Source: Polymyxa betae A26-41
Lineage: Eukaryota; Protista; Endomyxa: Phytomyxea
Assembly (NCBI GenBank): GCA_003693705.1
Contig: RBZT01000667.1
Coordinates: forward strand, 39,405 to 103,404
Direction of reading: 5' to 3'
Length of the DNA stretch: 64,000 bases
Part shown: positions 35,438 through 48,400 of the stretch, one piece after another
Position numbering within the stretch: the stretch's first letter is position 1
How the letters are laid out: every line of letters starts with the position of its first letter
Made by a program: the position numbers and the translations under genes
The notes under the pieces: model-generated
Told to the model about the DNA's origin: nothing
Seen by the model: only the letters and a program-made list of their open reading frames with translations
The model's database searches: none

Positions 35438-38400
35438 CTATATAAATGATTTATTCTGATTTTCCATACATCTTCGGTTGCAGTAATAATTATTGTAATC
35501 TAGGCGTGTGCATAAATTAAGCATGTGAGACTCGTGCAGACCGACGGCGCGTTCTGTCAGCTGGTCGATTAATTCTGTTAGTTTCTCGTCAAACTGTGAC
35601 AAAAATTTGCTAATCATTTCGACATATTTCTCGTCCTGAGCCGCCAACCGTGCTTGTGAAGATAAAAGAGATAGCCGTTGTCGCCGTTTTATGGTATTCT
35701 GGCTTGACGCAGACAAAAACCTACATACAGTTGATATAATGATTGGGAAGAATGCACCGTTTACTCTTCGTGATCGAAGGAAGCATGGAATGTGTTGATA
35801 TTGCTTGCAAAGATTAGGCATGATGCTAACAGTGACGTCAGACATTGTAAAATATTATGATTAGTTAATAAGCATTCTTTTAAGCATTGATCCAGGAAAA
35901 TTTCATGAGCCTCGATGACCTAACTCGACGGTCAGTCCTGAGTAAAGAAAAATAATGATGATAACGATACGTTGTCAATAGTATTCATATTGTTCAATGA
36001 AAGCAATGCTTCCAGTTTTCTGTAATTAGGTTCTAAAACTTCAAATGTCAAATAAAATTGAAGGTTCTGCAAAAAGTGTGTCATCCGAAGACGTAAAGCC
36101 AGAGCGAGTGAATACGTCGATGCTATCGAGAGTTCACGAAGCCTGTATGATCCATCAGAATACCATGTTTACATCCTGGTGTAAGCCGGATTAACCTCTG
36201 GTGATGTTTCCACATGATTCCAATCTGTCGATCAACATGTTTGATGTAGAAGAGATGACGAAAGATGAGTTGGTATTTTGTAAGTGTTTTCTTGGATAAA
36301 ATCAATGAAAGCGGCCAAGAAACATTGTAATCTAGAGTGAGCGCCTGTTCTCCAATAAGAAGAAAGCTTGCAACCAAAACCTACTGCCCACCTCAATCCC
36401 AGAGATTTCTGGTTCTAAAACACCCGAAGCAATTGACAGCTTCTTTGTGCTAACAAATGATTCTTGAGAAAGAGCATGGATAACATTCCTAGCCAACGTT
36501 TAACCAGAAATCAATGAAATGCATTGACAATGATCCACATTTTTTGAATAAGCGTATGCTGTTCAAGACGGCACTGAATGTGTTCATGCAGAGGATCATC
36601 CTGAATTGAACACAGCGCCAAATCCAGTAAAGCTTGTAGCCGAACCAGCGATTGCGCCTGGGCAGACCGGGACAATTCCGATTCAGCACTATCCAGGAAT
36701 GTCGTGAAAAAATCGCCTTGCCCATGAAGGAAATAGCGATAAATGCATCTGAAACTAAATCAGCAAAATCAGCAAACCGGAAGGGCAAACCACCTCAGAT
36801 GATCTGTCAATTGCGTTTCAGTAAGGAGCACTTTTAACAGCTCTTGACTGGCATACTGGAAAGCTAAGTGAATGACTTTGGAGTTTCTATAAATAGTCAC
36901 TAAAATGGAAACGATCATTCCGATCCAGTACTTTTCTGTGTCGAAATTATATACAGCATCGTTTGCAGCCTGACGACGGGACTCGAGGAACGACTTGTTT
37001 AGAGCGCACTGGCGTAGAACGTTGATGTACTTTCCAGTAAGAAGAATCTCTTTGGAGAATGGCGCCAGAAACGATGGTACCTGTTCCTGTCGAATCACAT
37101 AACGCTCTTCCTGAAAACAAATTAATAATCTTTTCATGTTCCGAATGAAGTTCTTACCCAATAGGAATCGCTCAAATCTTTCTCATCCTTGGTCAAATCT
37201 GCTCGAACCTAAAAGCAACATTATGAAATGGAGAAGGCATACACCGGAACCAACCCTGATCTGAAACTCATCATAAGGATCGTCGACAATGCCGAAATGG
37301 ATCCAAGATGATAACAGCGAAAAGTAGGGAACGGCGGCATCCGAGAGAAAACGGTAATACAGGTCTCGAGTCATCAAATCTCTGAAGACCAACTAAGAGT
37401 TGTAACAGCTGGAGAAATCACACCAATGAATACCCTTGCGATATGTAAAGTTCATGTACTCGCTGTAGGAGAGCGCCACCGGTGGCGTTTTTGGTCAGGT
37501 TGATTAGTCGATGAACCTGTGAGATCTTGTATATGTCGTCTTGAAGGTGGAACCACATTGACTGCAACGTGGTGTTATCCATCTGAGCAACTTTAACGAA
37601 GAACATCTGCGTCTTCATTAGAAACTATTCCAACAGACTTGAATAAATCTATCACCTCTAGAAGCGATTCAGCTGACGACATTAACGCTTGGCTAACAGT
37701 CCCGAACTCGTAACGACTACGTCGCTTAAGCCGAATCAGCGATAATACTCAATGTGTTAACCTCCAGACCTTAATCTCGGATTTAATCATATAACAACTA
37801 TCACAAGTTGGTATAAATCTTTCGATCTGAAACTTGAGTGTTGACAACAGATTGACGGTAAACAGCTCGAAATGTGGTGTCGGATTCAGCATCAGGCCGA
37901 TATGGTCAGACGGGACGGCCATTAGAGCAGACTGGACAGCTCGAACTAACGCACGGTCCTAATTAATATTTTCAGCCAAATGATGAAAACTAACAGCAGT
38001 AGGAAAGCAATCAAATAGTTAAACTCGCCTGAACAGGTTGGCTGATACCAGTAAGATCAGGGCCGGATCGTTTTTCATGGGAACCGAGTGCCGAAGTGAC
38101 GAGATCTTCGTCTAACCAACTGGGAGAGTACGGTATGGATGCCTTCGAGATGGTCCATGATAGTCCAGGATGCGATACGTCGCTACAGTTGCAATTTAGA
38201 GAGCCATCTAAATGTGATTTTAGAACGAGTAAAGCTTGTAATGGGCAACACGACCTGGATCGCAATACAACATCGTTGCGAAACATGATTTCAGTATGAT
38301 TTTATCGAAACAATGTACTGGTTCACCAGCAAGGTGGGAACCATCTGAGAATAGTTATTAAATTTGATCAGGGGGCATTGCAGTAATTTCACCTGAGATG

Positions 38401-39608
38401 ACTCTCCATTTTACTTTGGAATCGGTGATTGAATGCGACGTGGAAATATCGCCGGAACAATCGGCAGCCAAAAACGATGACCCATTCGAGATTATTACAG
38501 TCTGTTATAATGATAAGGAACAAATCAAAGAAATAGGAGCTTATGAGAGTACATCGCCATATGAAAGTATACCACGACATCGTCTATTGCTGGCATTCGT
38601 CAGAGTTAACTGAAATGGAATTGGCCATCTAGCATTAAATTCATCCGAATCAGGAATATACGCACCTACAGCTTGCTTAAATTACAATACACGGAGCATC
38701 ATAGAAAACAGACCATAGAACCCATAGAAAGATCGCAGAGTGACACGATCGCCAAACGATAAAATAACGTGATCAGATGTAGCTAGGACGGTATTGATAA
38801 GAAGCTGAATGGATTAAGAGGGGTTTTGATTTTACTTCGACCAGGCTCAGACAATTCAGACAAATTCAATGATTTCAGAGATGACATTGCCGGCATGGTT
38901 TTATGCAAAGGTAATGCTGCAGATAAATTACCAGATATAACGAAAATATTCAATGAAACTTACCCGATGTGTGCTTTAAAAGAGAAGGAGACTGGATAGG
39001 CAACGCCTCCATCATTACAGTCGTACTGAGTGATGTGGATAACGTTGAAGAAGGCGATCTCAGAGGCGTTATGGATCTCTCGCCTGGTGGATTAACAGGG
39101 GCCGAGATTTCCCCTGAAGAACATAATAGCTGCCTAACAAGCTTCTATTAAGAAGTTGAATGAATTCTGAAAACCATACTTTACCGGCTACGTTGGTCGT
39201 CGATAATGTGGCTGACAATGTGGAGAAACTGGTCCAAATCGACAGGACTATGAAAGACATTTACAAGAAGGTAAAAAACACAAGTAAATGTTAGACGTAA
39301 TGATCTGGAAAGCAGAAATCGAATTTATCCCTACCAGTCTTTGGATTCATCAATCTTCGAAGTCAGTTCGACGAATTTCTGAAGGTCCTTCGCTTTCCTG
39401 GCAACCTTCTTACGAGCATGACGAATATTGAATTCTTCAACCTAATCGGTCTCAGTCAGACCAGTGCCTGGCATGTGAAATCCGGGTTCCGTCCGACTTT
39501 ATTGAAACTGGTCTGCGGCTTCACCAGGTGCAGGTATGATTCAGGCGACGTCAAATGCGGATCTATGGCCTGCAATAAAGCAGCGATCAGGTCCATGACG
39601 TCCGCCAT
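35438..39608 (-). CDS. GCP2: Gamma-tubulin complex component 2 (Spc97/GCP2 family), multi-exon; start uncertain
   Basis: TLQSMWFHLQ, GGALL, PYFSLLSSWIHFGIVDDPYDEF, VPSFL..ILLTGKYINV, LDYNVSWPLSLILSKKTLTKYQLIFRHLF, NLCTRLDYNNYY. Confidence 0.85.
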
Positions 39609-39974
39609 TGACAAAGACCTCCGTGCCTGACGACAACCAAAGATTGTTGTGAGGTTGACAGCGCATATCTCAGACCCCATGAACCCCAACGACCCCAATG
39701 ACAACGTTACCATCCACACATGCTGACAGATCACCCATTCTCTCTGTTTCGTGTTATTCCATGTGTAACGTAATCGTACAATGATCCATCTTAACACCTG
39801 ATTCGAGTCTTGGATTCACCGGGTCTAATATGGACACTGCTGTCAGGGACCTATGGACTTGCTGGGGTTCGGTTATCTACAATGTTTTGCTCACATGAGG
39901 TATAGAAACCATCTGCGATCTGGAAGCTATGGGGAGAACTCAGCTCCAAGGCCATAATGGCTCTTTGTCATGAA

Positions 39975-40111
39975 ATTGGTAAGGCCATAACCTGCTCCTA
40001 CAAACAAGGTCACTTCTTGAAGTAACAACGCAAGGTAACACCATTGGTAAGGCCATAACCTGCTCTTTACAAACAAGGTCACTTCTTGAAGTAACAACGC
40101 AAGGTAACACC
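39975..40111. repeat. 68/69-bp tandem duplication in the intergenic region between divergent genes
   Basis: attggtaaggccataacctgct..acaaacaaggtcacttcttgaagtaacaacgcaaggtaacacc at 39975-40042 and 40043-40111. Confidence 0.92.
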
Positions 40112-40156
40112 TTTAAACCATTTTCCATTAGAAAGAGTGCGGATCAGTTTCATCAG

Positions 40157-41098
40157 ATGACGAACTCTCCAGCCAAGTTCGTCACTTCCCGCCCAGCCCT
40201 GGTCCTATGTGGTGACTCTCTGCTGCAGCATTCGACGGTCCCTGGAGGACTGACGACCTTGCTGGCAGATGAATATAGCAGAAAAGCCGGTCAGTTGAAT
40301 ACCAGCCACCATTAAGACGAGACTTGAATTCATTGTTCAGATGTGATTGTACGAGGTTATAGTGGCTATAATACCAACCATTATATCGATCTTGTGAAAC
40401 GCCACCAAGCTAATGACGCATGGAAGTTTCAGGGGCTCATGATCCTTTGGTGTAAGACCGACATAATTCACGATGTTGGGTCTGCCTTACCATTGACTAG
40501 TGGGCGCCAACGATGCTGCGAAACCGGCTTTAGTGAAGCCCGACCAGCATGTCCCGCTGGACCAGTACGCCAGCAATTTGGTCAGGATTATAAATTCCAT
40601 CTCTGAAGGGTTTGGGAAATGGGAATAGAAGGCGATTCCAAAGCGAGTCTGATTGTATCGCATTCAGATCCAAGAACCCGGTTGTGCTAATAACGCCTCC
40701 GCCTGTTGACGACCTCGCCTATGATCTCCACTGCAAGTCGTTACCGAAACCAACACTTCGTTTTCTGGAAGTGACAAGACAATATGCTGAGGCTGTTCGC
40801 AAAGTTGGACAACGCAACAATATCCCGGTCGTTGATGTATTCAACGCCATGCTTTCGTGTGATAATTGGCGAGATTTTTTGAGTGATGGTGAGCTTAGTT
40901 TTGTAGCACATCTTTTATATTAAGTCATGGCTCTTAGGTCTCCATCTGACTGAACTAGGATACCGGAAAGTGTTCGAGTTACTAATGGAAACAATTCGGA
41001 CAAATCTGCCTGAATGGGATGCTAATCGCCTGCTGCTTGATGCACCCATATGGCAAGAGGCCGAATGCTGGGAAAGCGCCAATCCCAATTTCACTTAA
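40157..41098 (+). CDS. IAH1: SGNH/GDSL esterase, IAH1-like, multi-exon
   Basis: LCGDSL, EYSRKADVIVRGYSGYNT, GANDA, QHVPLDQY, LITPPPVD, LSDGLHL. Confidence 0.87.
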
Positions 41099-41994
41099 GC
41101 TTCAATTGTACCAATCATGTAGCATGTTTAAAGAAGATTGTTTGATCGATTGCTGTTATAAACTAAAACGAATTCAGTCGTTATCACTTTCTCGCCGATT
41201 ATAGCAAAACGAGTTTAATGGAACTTGTATGCAGAAAACACACAGAATTTACTTTGGTGAGTCGGAGTAATATCGATCATTCTAAAAAAAACAGGTCAGA
41301 ACCATTAAGATAAAAACCGACTACCTGTTATTCGTTCTGCATAATGAACTCCAGCGTCAGATACTTTTATATGGAGTATTAAACTTGACAGACAGTATGC
41401 TCTGTCTTCTATGGCATGGTCTATACAGAATGGAGCTTGGTGAATGAATCATATGATGTGGGTTACGAACAGATCAATGACAATGTCTAATTCAAAGGTT
41501 GTGGTCCTTCTCTCTTCCAGCATAGATAGCATTTTGCAATCGAAACTCTGTCGTGAAAACTTAACACCTTTGCAGCATCATTTCAATTATGTGCATGCTG
41601 CAATGTGCCCATGCAAACATCAAAATCCGGGACGTCATGATGATTGATGCAAAAACGCATGTTTGTTGGCTTTTATCAACATTCCAATAAGGCACTGTTT
41701 ACGTCGTTCATGGGCTCGATTCTGATGTTGTCGCTGTCGAGCAATCGAATTTGTTTGCTTGGTTCTGAGTCGACGTTTTATTTACTTTGAGTTCATCTTC
41801 AAAACGGTTGAGCAACTTTATGAGATGCAATTCGTGGATGAATCGAAAGGGATGATAACCAAAACAGGCATTCTGGACAACATGTTCATAGTAAAGCATG
41901 TTTGCAGGTTCTGGAGATCGTACGGAGTGCGAAGCTGTAGTGTTGGGTTTCTTATAACCTTTAATAGGGTCGTCCGGCGACTCTCAACGGCATC

Positions 41995-44039
41995 ATGAAC
42001 GATGTCCAGAGCCCGGTTGATGCATTGCCCGACAATCTCACTGCCGAATACGTCCTGCCTCAGCTTAAGAACGTCATAGTGCCACCACCGGATCTCAGAC
42101 GTAAGTACATTTGCCGTTGCTCATACTTAGATCACGATCAAATCGTCTCTTAGCTATTGTCGAGAAAACAGCCGCCTATGTCGCCAAACACGGAACTGCT
42201 TTCGAGGCTGTTATTTTATCCAAACAACAGAACGATCGCAGGTTCGATTTTCTGCATCCTGATAACGCCTACCATTCGTTCTATAAATCCAAGCTGGTTC
42301 AGCTTTTGCTGCCGCCGGAAGAACAAGATCGTCTGGCTAAGCTGCAAGAAGAACAGGAGGCGGAACGTCAGGCCCTAGCTCAGCTTGAAGCCGAGCATGC
42401 CGCCGCCGATGCCGCTGAAGAGGCTGCAGCTCCCAAACAGGTCGTCTTCAGCTTTCGCGAGCGCCTTAAACTCGATATCGCTCGTTCTTGTCAGGCTCAC
42501 GTCATCCCAACAAGCGCCGCTGAGCTTGATCCTGCTTATGCCAGCGTACTGCCTGCGAGCTATGGCGTCTCGCCTCTGGATCGCGATATTATTCGGCTCA
42601 CAGCTAGATATGTTGCTAGCCAAGGAAAAGCATTTCTAAATGGTTTAATAACGCGAGAAGCTCGTAATCCATCGTTCGATTTCATGCGATCGTCACATCC
42701 CTTTTATCAGTACTTTCAAGGAACTGTCCAGGCGTACGAACACGTCATGGGCGGGCGACTATCTGAGGTCGAGAAAGCAGTTAACGACCCTGAGTCAGTT
42801 CGTGAGGAAATTCTAGGAAGGATTGAATATGAGAGGATTCAAGAAAAGCTCGTTGGACAAAAAGAGAAAGATGATGAGACGGAACGGATAGAAATGGCAT
42901 CCATTGATTGGCACGATTTTGTAGTATTGAGGACCGTGGACTTCCCGGATGACGAGCAGATGTTTCTGCCGGCGCCATTCAACACGATTGAGGAGATCAA
43001 TCGCGCGCTGGAAGCTCAAGATCAGCTTCAAGCTGATCGTGATATCGAGATGGATGTTGAAGCTGATATGGCTGTTGAGCCTGAGGCACAACTTGAGATT
43101 GTTCCAGAGGCTCAGGTTAAGGATATCGCCCAGGCCGAGCGGAATCGCGCACAGCAGAATGCTATTCAGTTTCAGAAATGTCCAAGCTGCGGTGAATTGG
43201 TTAAGCAGAATGAGCTCAGCGAACACGTTCGTATCTGTTTGCTGGATCCACGCTGGAAAGTGCAGAAACAGGCATCGCTGCAGAAGCAGCGCGAAAGCAA
43301 TCTTATCAGCGGTTCTGATATCAGCCGGCACCTATCAGAGCTTGCAAGAAAACGCCAAGATATCTTCACTACCCCCTCTGGCTCCGCTGCTCCTCCTGCG
43401 CCAACCGAAACGACACAATCAACGCCTGTCGAAGAGTATACTTACCCTCCTCAGGAGCCTCCCAATATGCCTGCTTATCAGGCACCGTACATTCCTGTTC
43501 AGCCGATGCAAGGGTTCCCTCAACCAGTTCAATATCCATATGGTGGTATGCCTCCGCCTATGATGATGCCTCAGTCAACACCTATGCCTTATATGGGGCC
43601 TGCTCCTGGGGCAGGGTTCCCTCATCCAGCCTACCCCATGGCTCCAGGTGGTCCAATGGCACCGCCGCCTGGTCAGGGCTTTATCATGCCACCTCCACCA
43701 CCCCCTCCTAAACGAACTCGTGTCTCGGAGCCAGCGGCAACTTGGGCTAGCAAGTATCCCGAACCAGTAGATGTTGTGATTCAGTTGCCGAAACAAGACG
43801 ATTCGGATTCGAGTTTGAATGGGCAGCAGATTACGCTTAATGTGCCAATAATGTCGACCTCGCTACAGCTGAAACAGCAGCTGAGCACCCATGTGAACAA
43901 TCTGGCCCCGAAGAAGATGAAACTACAGGTCGCTGCCGATGGTCATTGGCTGAAAGACTCGGAGTCGTTGGCGGAACTCAACCTGCTTCCTGGCGTTCGA
44001 TTGAACTTCGAATTGAAAGAGCGTGGTCGTAAAAAATAA
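41995..44039 (+). CDS. SF3A1: Splicing factor 3A subunit 1 (Prp21), 2 exons
   Basis: IVPPPDLR / IVEKTAAYVAKHG (SURP1), DIIRLTARYVA (SURP2), IDWHDFVV, HVRICLLDPRWK, C-terminal ubiquitin-like domain ending KERGRKK. Confidence 0.95.
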
Positions 44040-44264
44040 AATATCCATAGATACATGTATTAAAGCCCAATACTTCAACATTTGCTGGAGTGATTTTCAG
44101 CTTGTTCAGCCTTTTCTATAAAAAAAGGTAGAGATGGGGCCGCGGGGTGGCTCTGGGGTCTCTTCACAGAGTCACGGAAGTTGTCATGTTACATAGCGAA
44201 AGATAGGCAGAGGCTTTCTTGACTCTCGTTTGTTTAACATCTCTTTGTTGATTATATCACAGCC

Positions 44265-45422
44265 ATGTTATCGACACCCATCGTCTGCGACAATGGGACT
44301 GGGTTTGTCAAGGCTGGATTCGCGGGATCGAATTTCCCCAAGGTCGTATTTCCATCTATGGTGGGACGACCGCTGATGCGATACGAAGAGGCAGTTTCGT
44401 CCATCGAGATAAAGGATATCATGGTCGGTGATGAAGCTGCCACTCTACGTCATATGCTCGAGTGTACATATCCTGTAGAGAATGGGATAGTTCGTAACTG
44501 GACTGATATGCAACATATTTGGGACTACACGTTCTATGAGAAGCTCCAGATCGACCCCAGCAACCATAAAATCATGCTTACCGAACCGCCTTTAAATCCG
44601 AAAGCTAATCGCGAACAATTCCTGCAACACATGTTTGAAACATATGGTTTTGCTGCGACCAAAGTCTCCATCCAAGCTGTTTTAGTCCTGTATGCACAAG
44701 GTCTTCTCACTGGAGTAGTTGTAGATTCTGGCGATGGTGTCACCCATATCGTCCCTGTTTATGAAGGTGTTTGTCCAGCGAATTTAATTCGTCGATTAGA
44801 CGTTGCCGGAAGGCATATGACCCGCTATCTCATCAAGCTTCTGCAATTGCGTGGATACAATTTGAACAGATCAGCTGATTTTGAAACGGTCCGGCAAATT
44901 AAGGAAGCTTGCTGTTTTGTTGGTTATGATTTGGAAGTCGAGAAAAAACTGGCCCTTGAGACAACTGCTCTCGTTCAGACTTATGAGTTGCCCGATGGCC
45001 GTGTAATCACTTTAGGACAAGAACGCTATCAAGCACCCGAAGTCTTGTTCCGTCCGTCTCTGATCGATGTCGAGAGTCCAGGCATAGCTGATATGCTATT
45101 TGACACGATAAATGCTGCAGATATCGATCTCAGGCCTGAATTTTATAAGCACATTGTGTTGTCTGGAGGATCTACAATGTATCCGGGCCTTCCAACCCGT
45201 CTGGAAAAGGAGATTCGCGCTCGCTATTTGAACGATATTCTTGGAGGGGATGAATCTCGGCTTGCTAAATTCAAGTTACGCATCGAGGATCCTCCTCGGC
45301 GTAAGCACATGGTGTTCCTGGGCGGGTCGGTTCTTGCTGACATCATGAAGGATCGAGATGAATTTTGGATATCGAAACAAGAATACGAAGAGTTCGGTGC
45401 AGCAATCTTGCAACGAAAATAA
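44265..45422 (+). CDS. ARP2: Actin-related protein 2
   Basis: [54 protein letters not shown]; intronless 385-aa ORF. Confidence 0.96.
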   Translation: MLSTPIVCDNGTGFVKAGFAGSNFPKVVFPSMVGRPLMRYEEAVSSIEIKDIMVGDEAATLRHMLECTYPVENGIVRNWTDMQHIWDYTFYEKLQIDPSNHKIMLTEPPLNPKANREQFLQHMFETYGFAATKVSIQAVLVLYAQGLLTGVVVDSGDGVTHIVPVYEGVCPANLIRRLDVAGRHMTRYLIKLLQLRGYNLNRSADFETVRQIKEACCFVGYDLEVEKKLALETTALVQTYELPDGRVITLGQERYQAPEVLFRPSLIDVESPGIADMLFDTINAADIDLRPEFYKHIVLSGGSTMYPGLPTRLEKEIRARYLNDILGGDESRLAKFKLRIEDPPRRKHMVFLGGSVLADIMKDRDEFWISKQEYEEFGAAILQRK

Positions 45423-45451
45423 TAAGAGGCCCTCGTATAAAAATATTATCG

Positions 45452-48400
45452 TTATTTATTTTGTCTACTTTGTTTATCAGCAGCATCCAATTTATGCTTT
45501 ATTTGAATTGTTCCGCTCACACCAAATATGAAAGCCGTGCAAGCCCATATACCTGCTGTGACAGCCCCAATGAAGACCATTATTCCGGTTTTCTCCCAAA
45601 GCAGAATGCAGCAAGCAAAGAATTTAAATGCTGTTAGAAAATACAGCAACAATGATGTGCTGTTGATAAACAGGCCTAACGGCATAAGAACTGCAGACAG
45701 CGGTAATGCCAGTTGAATGGAACTGGGCATTGGCACTTTGTGGCCTGAGAGTGCATTAATGCCGATATTTAGAATACTGGACAAACCAGAAACCTAATGG
45801 CATAGTAAAATTAGTAGTTCAAGTTAGGAGATAGAAGGTAGCTTACAATAATCGAGGTCATTAAGGCTGTGTTGTCATTGAGCATAAAGAACAACACAAG
45901 GACGACATAGATGACAATACCAACTCCAGTTCCATTTAGAACCGATATAAACCCCCCTATTGCCCCGACCAGGATTAGATCAAATCGGGTATGAAGGCTG
46001 GATCGAATTGGCCCGTTATGTGAGGCATTGTTGAAGGTCAATTTGACGCAAATGATGCCAGAAGAAAGACCAAATGTGATAGCTGCAAGAATAATGACAA
46101 CTGTATCATACTTTAGCATCTCCGGCACAGCATTCCAGATATTTAGCAGGGATGCCAGAGCCGCACCTAATGTCGAAAAAGCAACCACAGACCACTCCAC
46201 AGGCTGTCCTGTCAGAATAATGCAAATTGTAGAAGCTAAAGCTGCTACAGAATTCAAATGAATGATCATGTTTCGTGTTATGAAACGATCAAATGACATT
46301 AATGGATACGAAAGTATTGCAGCGTCGATTGGGGCCATTCCAGCCAGTAAAGAGCCTATTGCTAGAATTAAATCGCTGCCAATATCGAACGAATTGAATT
46401 TCAAGGATGACGGATAGGCTTTCAGAACGATAAATAACGTGGGAATAACTGATAGAGCATAGGCAATAAAAGGATGGGAGCGTAAACAGCCATGAAATTG
46501 GCTGATCGATGAAATTCGATTGTATCGAAGACGTTCCCGACGCCGTTTTAAGCGAGCTTTATGCGCTGCTAAAGCAGCAACATTTCGATCATCAAAGTCA
46601 ACGATCAGTTGATCTTCCTCATTAGCATGCGCTAACTGATCCACATTCTCTTCCTGGCCCGCAAAATCCGCCTCTAACGTATTCGAATTTGGCAGTAACT
46701 GAAGCAAATCGGAAGATTCGCTAAATTCTTTGGTGACCACAAGCAGCGCGGGACGAATTAGAAAAATGTAAATGACGATATTGACCACAGCCAAGAGACT
46801 TCCCAAGACCGCATCTAAAATAGTGGCTTTAACCGCATTTGATGCAATATAATTCTCTTCAAGACGAACAAGCTCCAATACAGCTGGCCGAAGGAACTCG
46901 TTCTCGAGACGGAACAAATCTGTCATCGACTCGGTAGAAAACAAAGAAACTACAGAATCCTTCGAATGGGAAGAGAACGTGTCTAGAACATTTCTTTCTA
47001 AAGAGAGAAACTCGACGAACACGGAATGAAGACCATTCAGCGCAACACCCCATCTAAACGTAGCACAGTCCGAAATTGCAGACATTGATGGCAGAGAGCA
47101 ACTGGATTGATGAAAATCAATAACGCGTTGTGATTCTCCATTTACAGGCTTACATGCTGTTAAACTGAAGATTGAAGAACTCGTTAGAGCCTGATAGACG
47201 GTCGTTCGGCAAACTTTTAGAAGAGTCGCCATACATGATGTCATTCATTAGATCTGATGTTGAGGCTATATAGGATAATAATAATGATGGAGATACGCTT
47301 TTTGTGTTATTTACAACGACCTGATTTAAGGTGAGAAACGACCGCCTAATGAGATACTCCTGAAAAATGTAATTCAAAAGCTCGTTATGATGTGACGAAT
47401 CAGTGACTGACCTCATAACGTATCCAATTGATTTCTTCCGGCAACGTTTTGCCATCGTTAGAGATGGATATCATTACCACCACATTGGTAGTCACTACTG
47501 CTGCATAAAGTGAAGCCATTGCTAAAACGAATGTCGCAAGTTGTGTACAATGCTTCTTCTTATCTCGATTCGAGGCAGCAAGCAATTGTTGTGGATCGAA
47601 TCTAAGATTTGAGCTTGCTGGTTTTATCACGGATTCATCTCGCTTTTTGTTAATCGATGCATTATTAAATGATTCGTTTGGGCCATCGGTAAGGGTTTGT
47701 AACCGAAATAAGCACGTTTGAGTGAGATTCACTAAAACGATTCGTGGAATCTGCAAAAGTTGCAGCAGGGCTTGATCTTTTTCATCTAAAGAGGATATTA
47801 AGGCTGGTCTTAATAAGAACATTGACAGCATAAAGAGGGCGATGCACGCTGATATGGGTAGTATTATCTGCAGCATCACATACGAATTCGTCAGTGAAAG
47901 CGATTGTGTAATGAATGCAGACGACATTTGTTGCATTAGATCTGCAACAGCGCACATAAGAGCAACTTGTTCCTGAATGCGATCCGATTTGCCAATCTCT
48001 TGAAGGCTCATATTACGTATCACTCGACTTTCAGATACCGACAGTATTAATGCATCCGTTAAGGTGGTATTAAATGATGAAACTTGAAAATCATACATTG
48101 CAGTTAATGATGGTGGCCATGACTCTTGTGAAAGCCATTCGTTAGTGTCTTTGTCAAATAACGCTTGAGAAAACAAATCAATTTGCTTCCGGGCGCTGGA
48201 TTCACCAACGGAAGATAGAATCCCGTTTGCCATAAGCTGCAAGTTGTTAATAGCTAACGACAAGCTCACCAAGTCTGAAGCTCTGGATGACGATGCCGAT
48301 ATTCGAGAGGACAGCGACTGTTGTGAAGAGACAATATCGGATTTGATGATGATTGATATAATGATTATGACCGTTAGTAGGATTACGAATAGGAAAGAGG

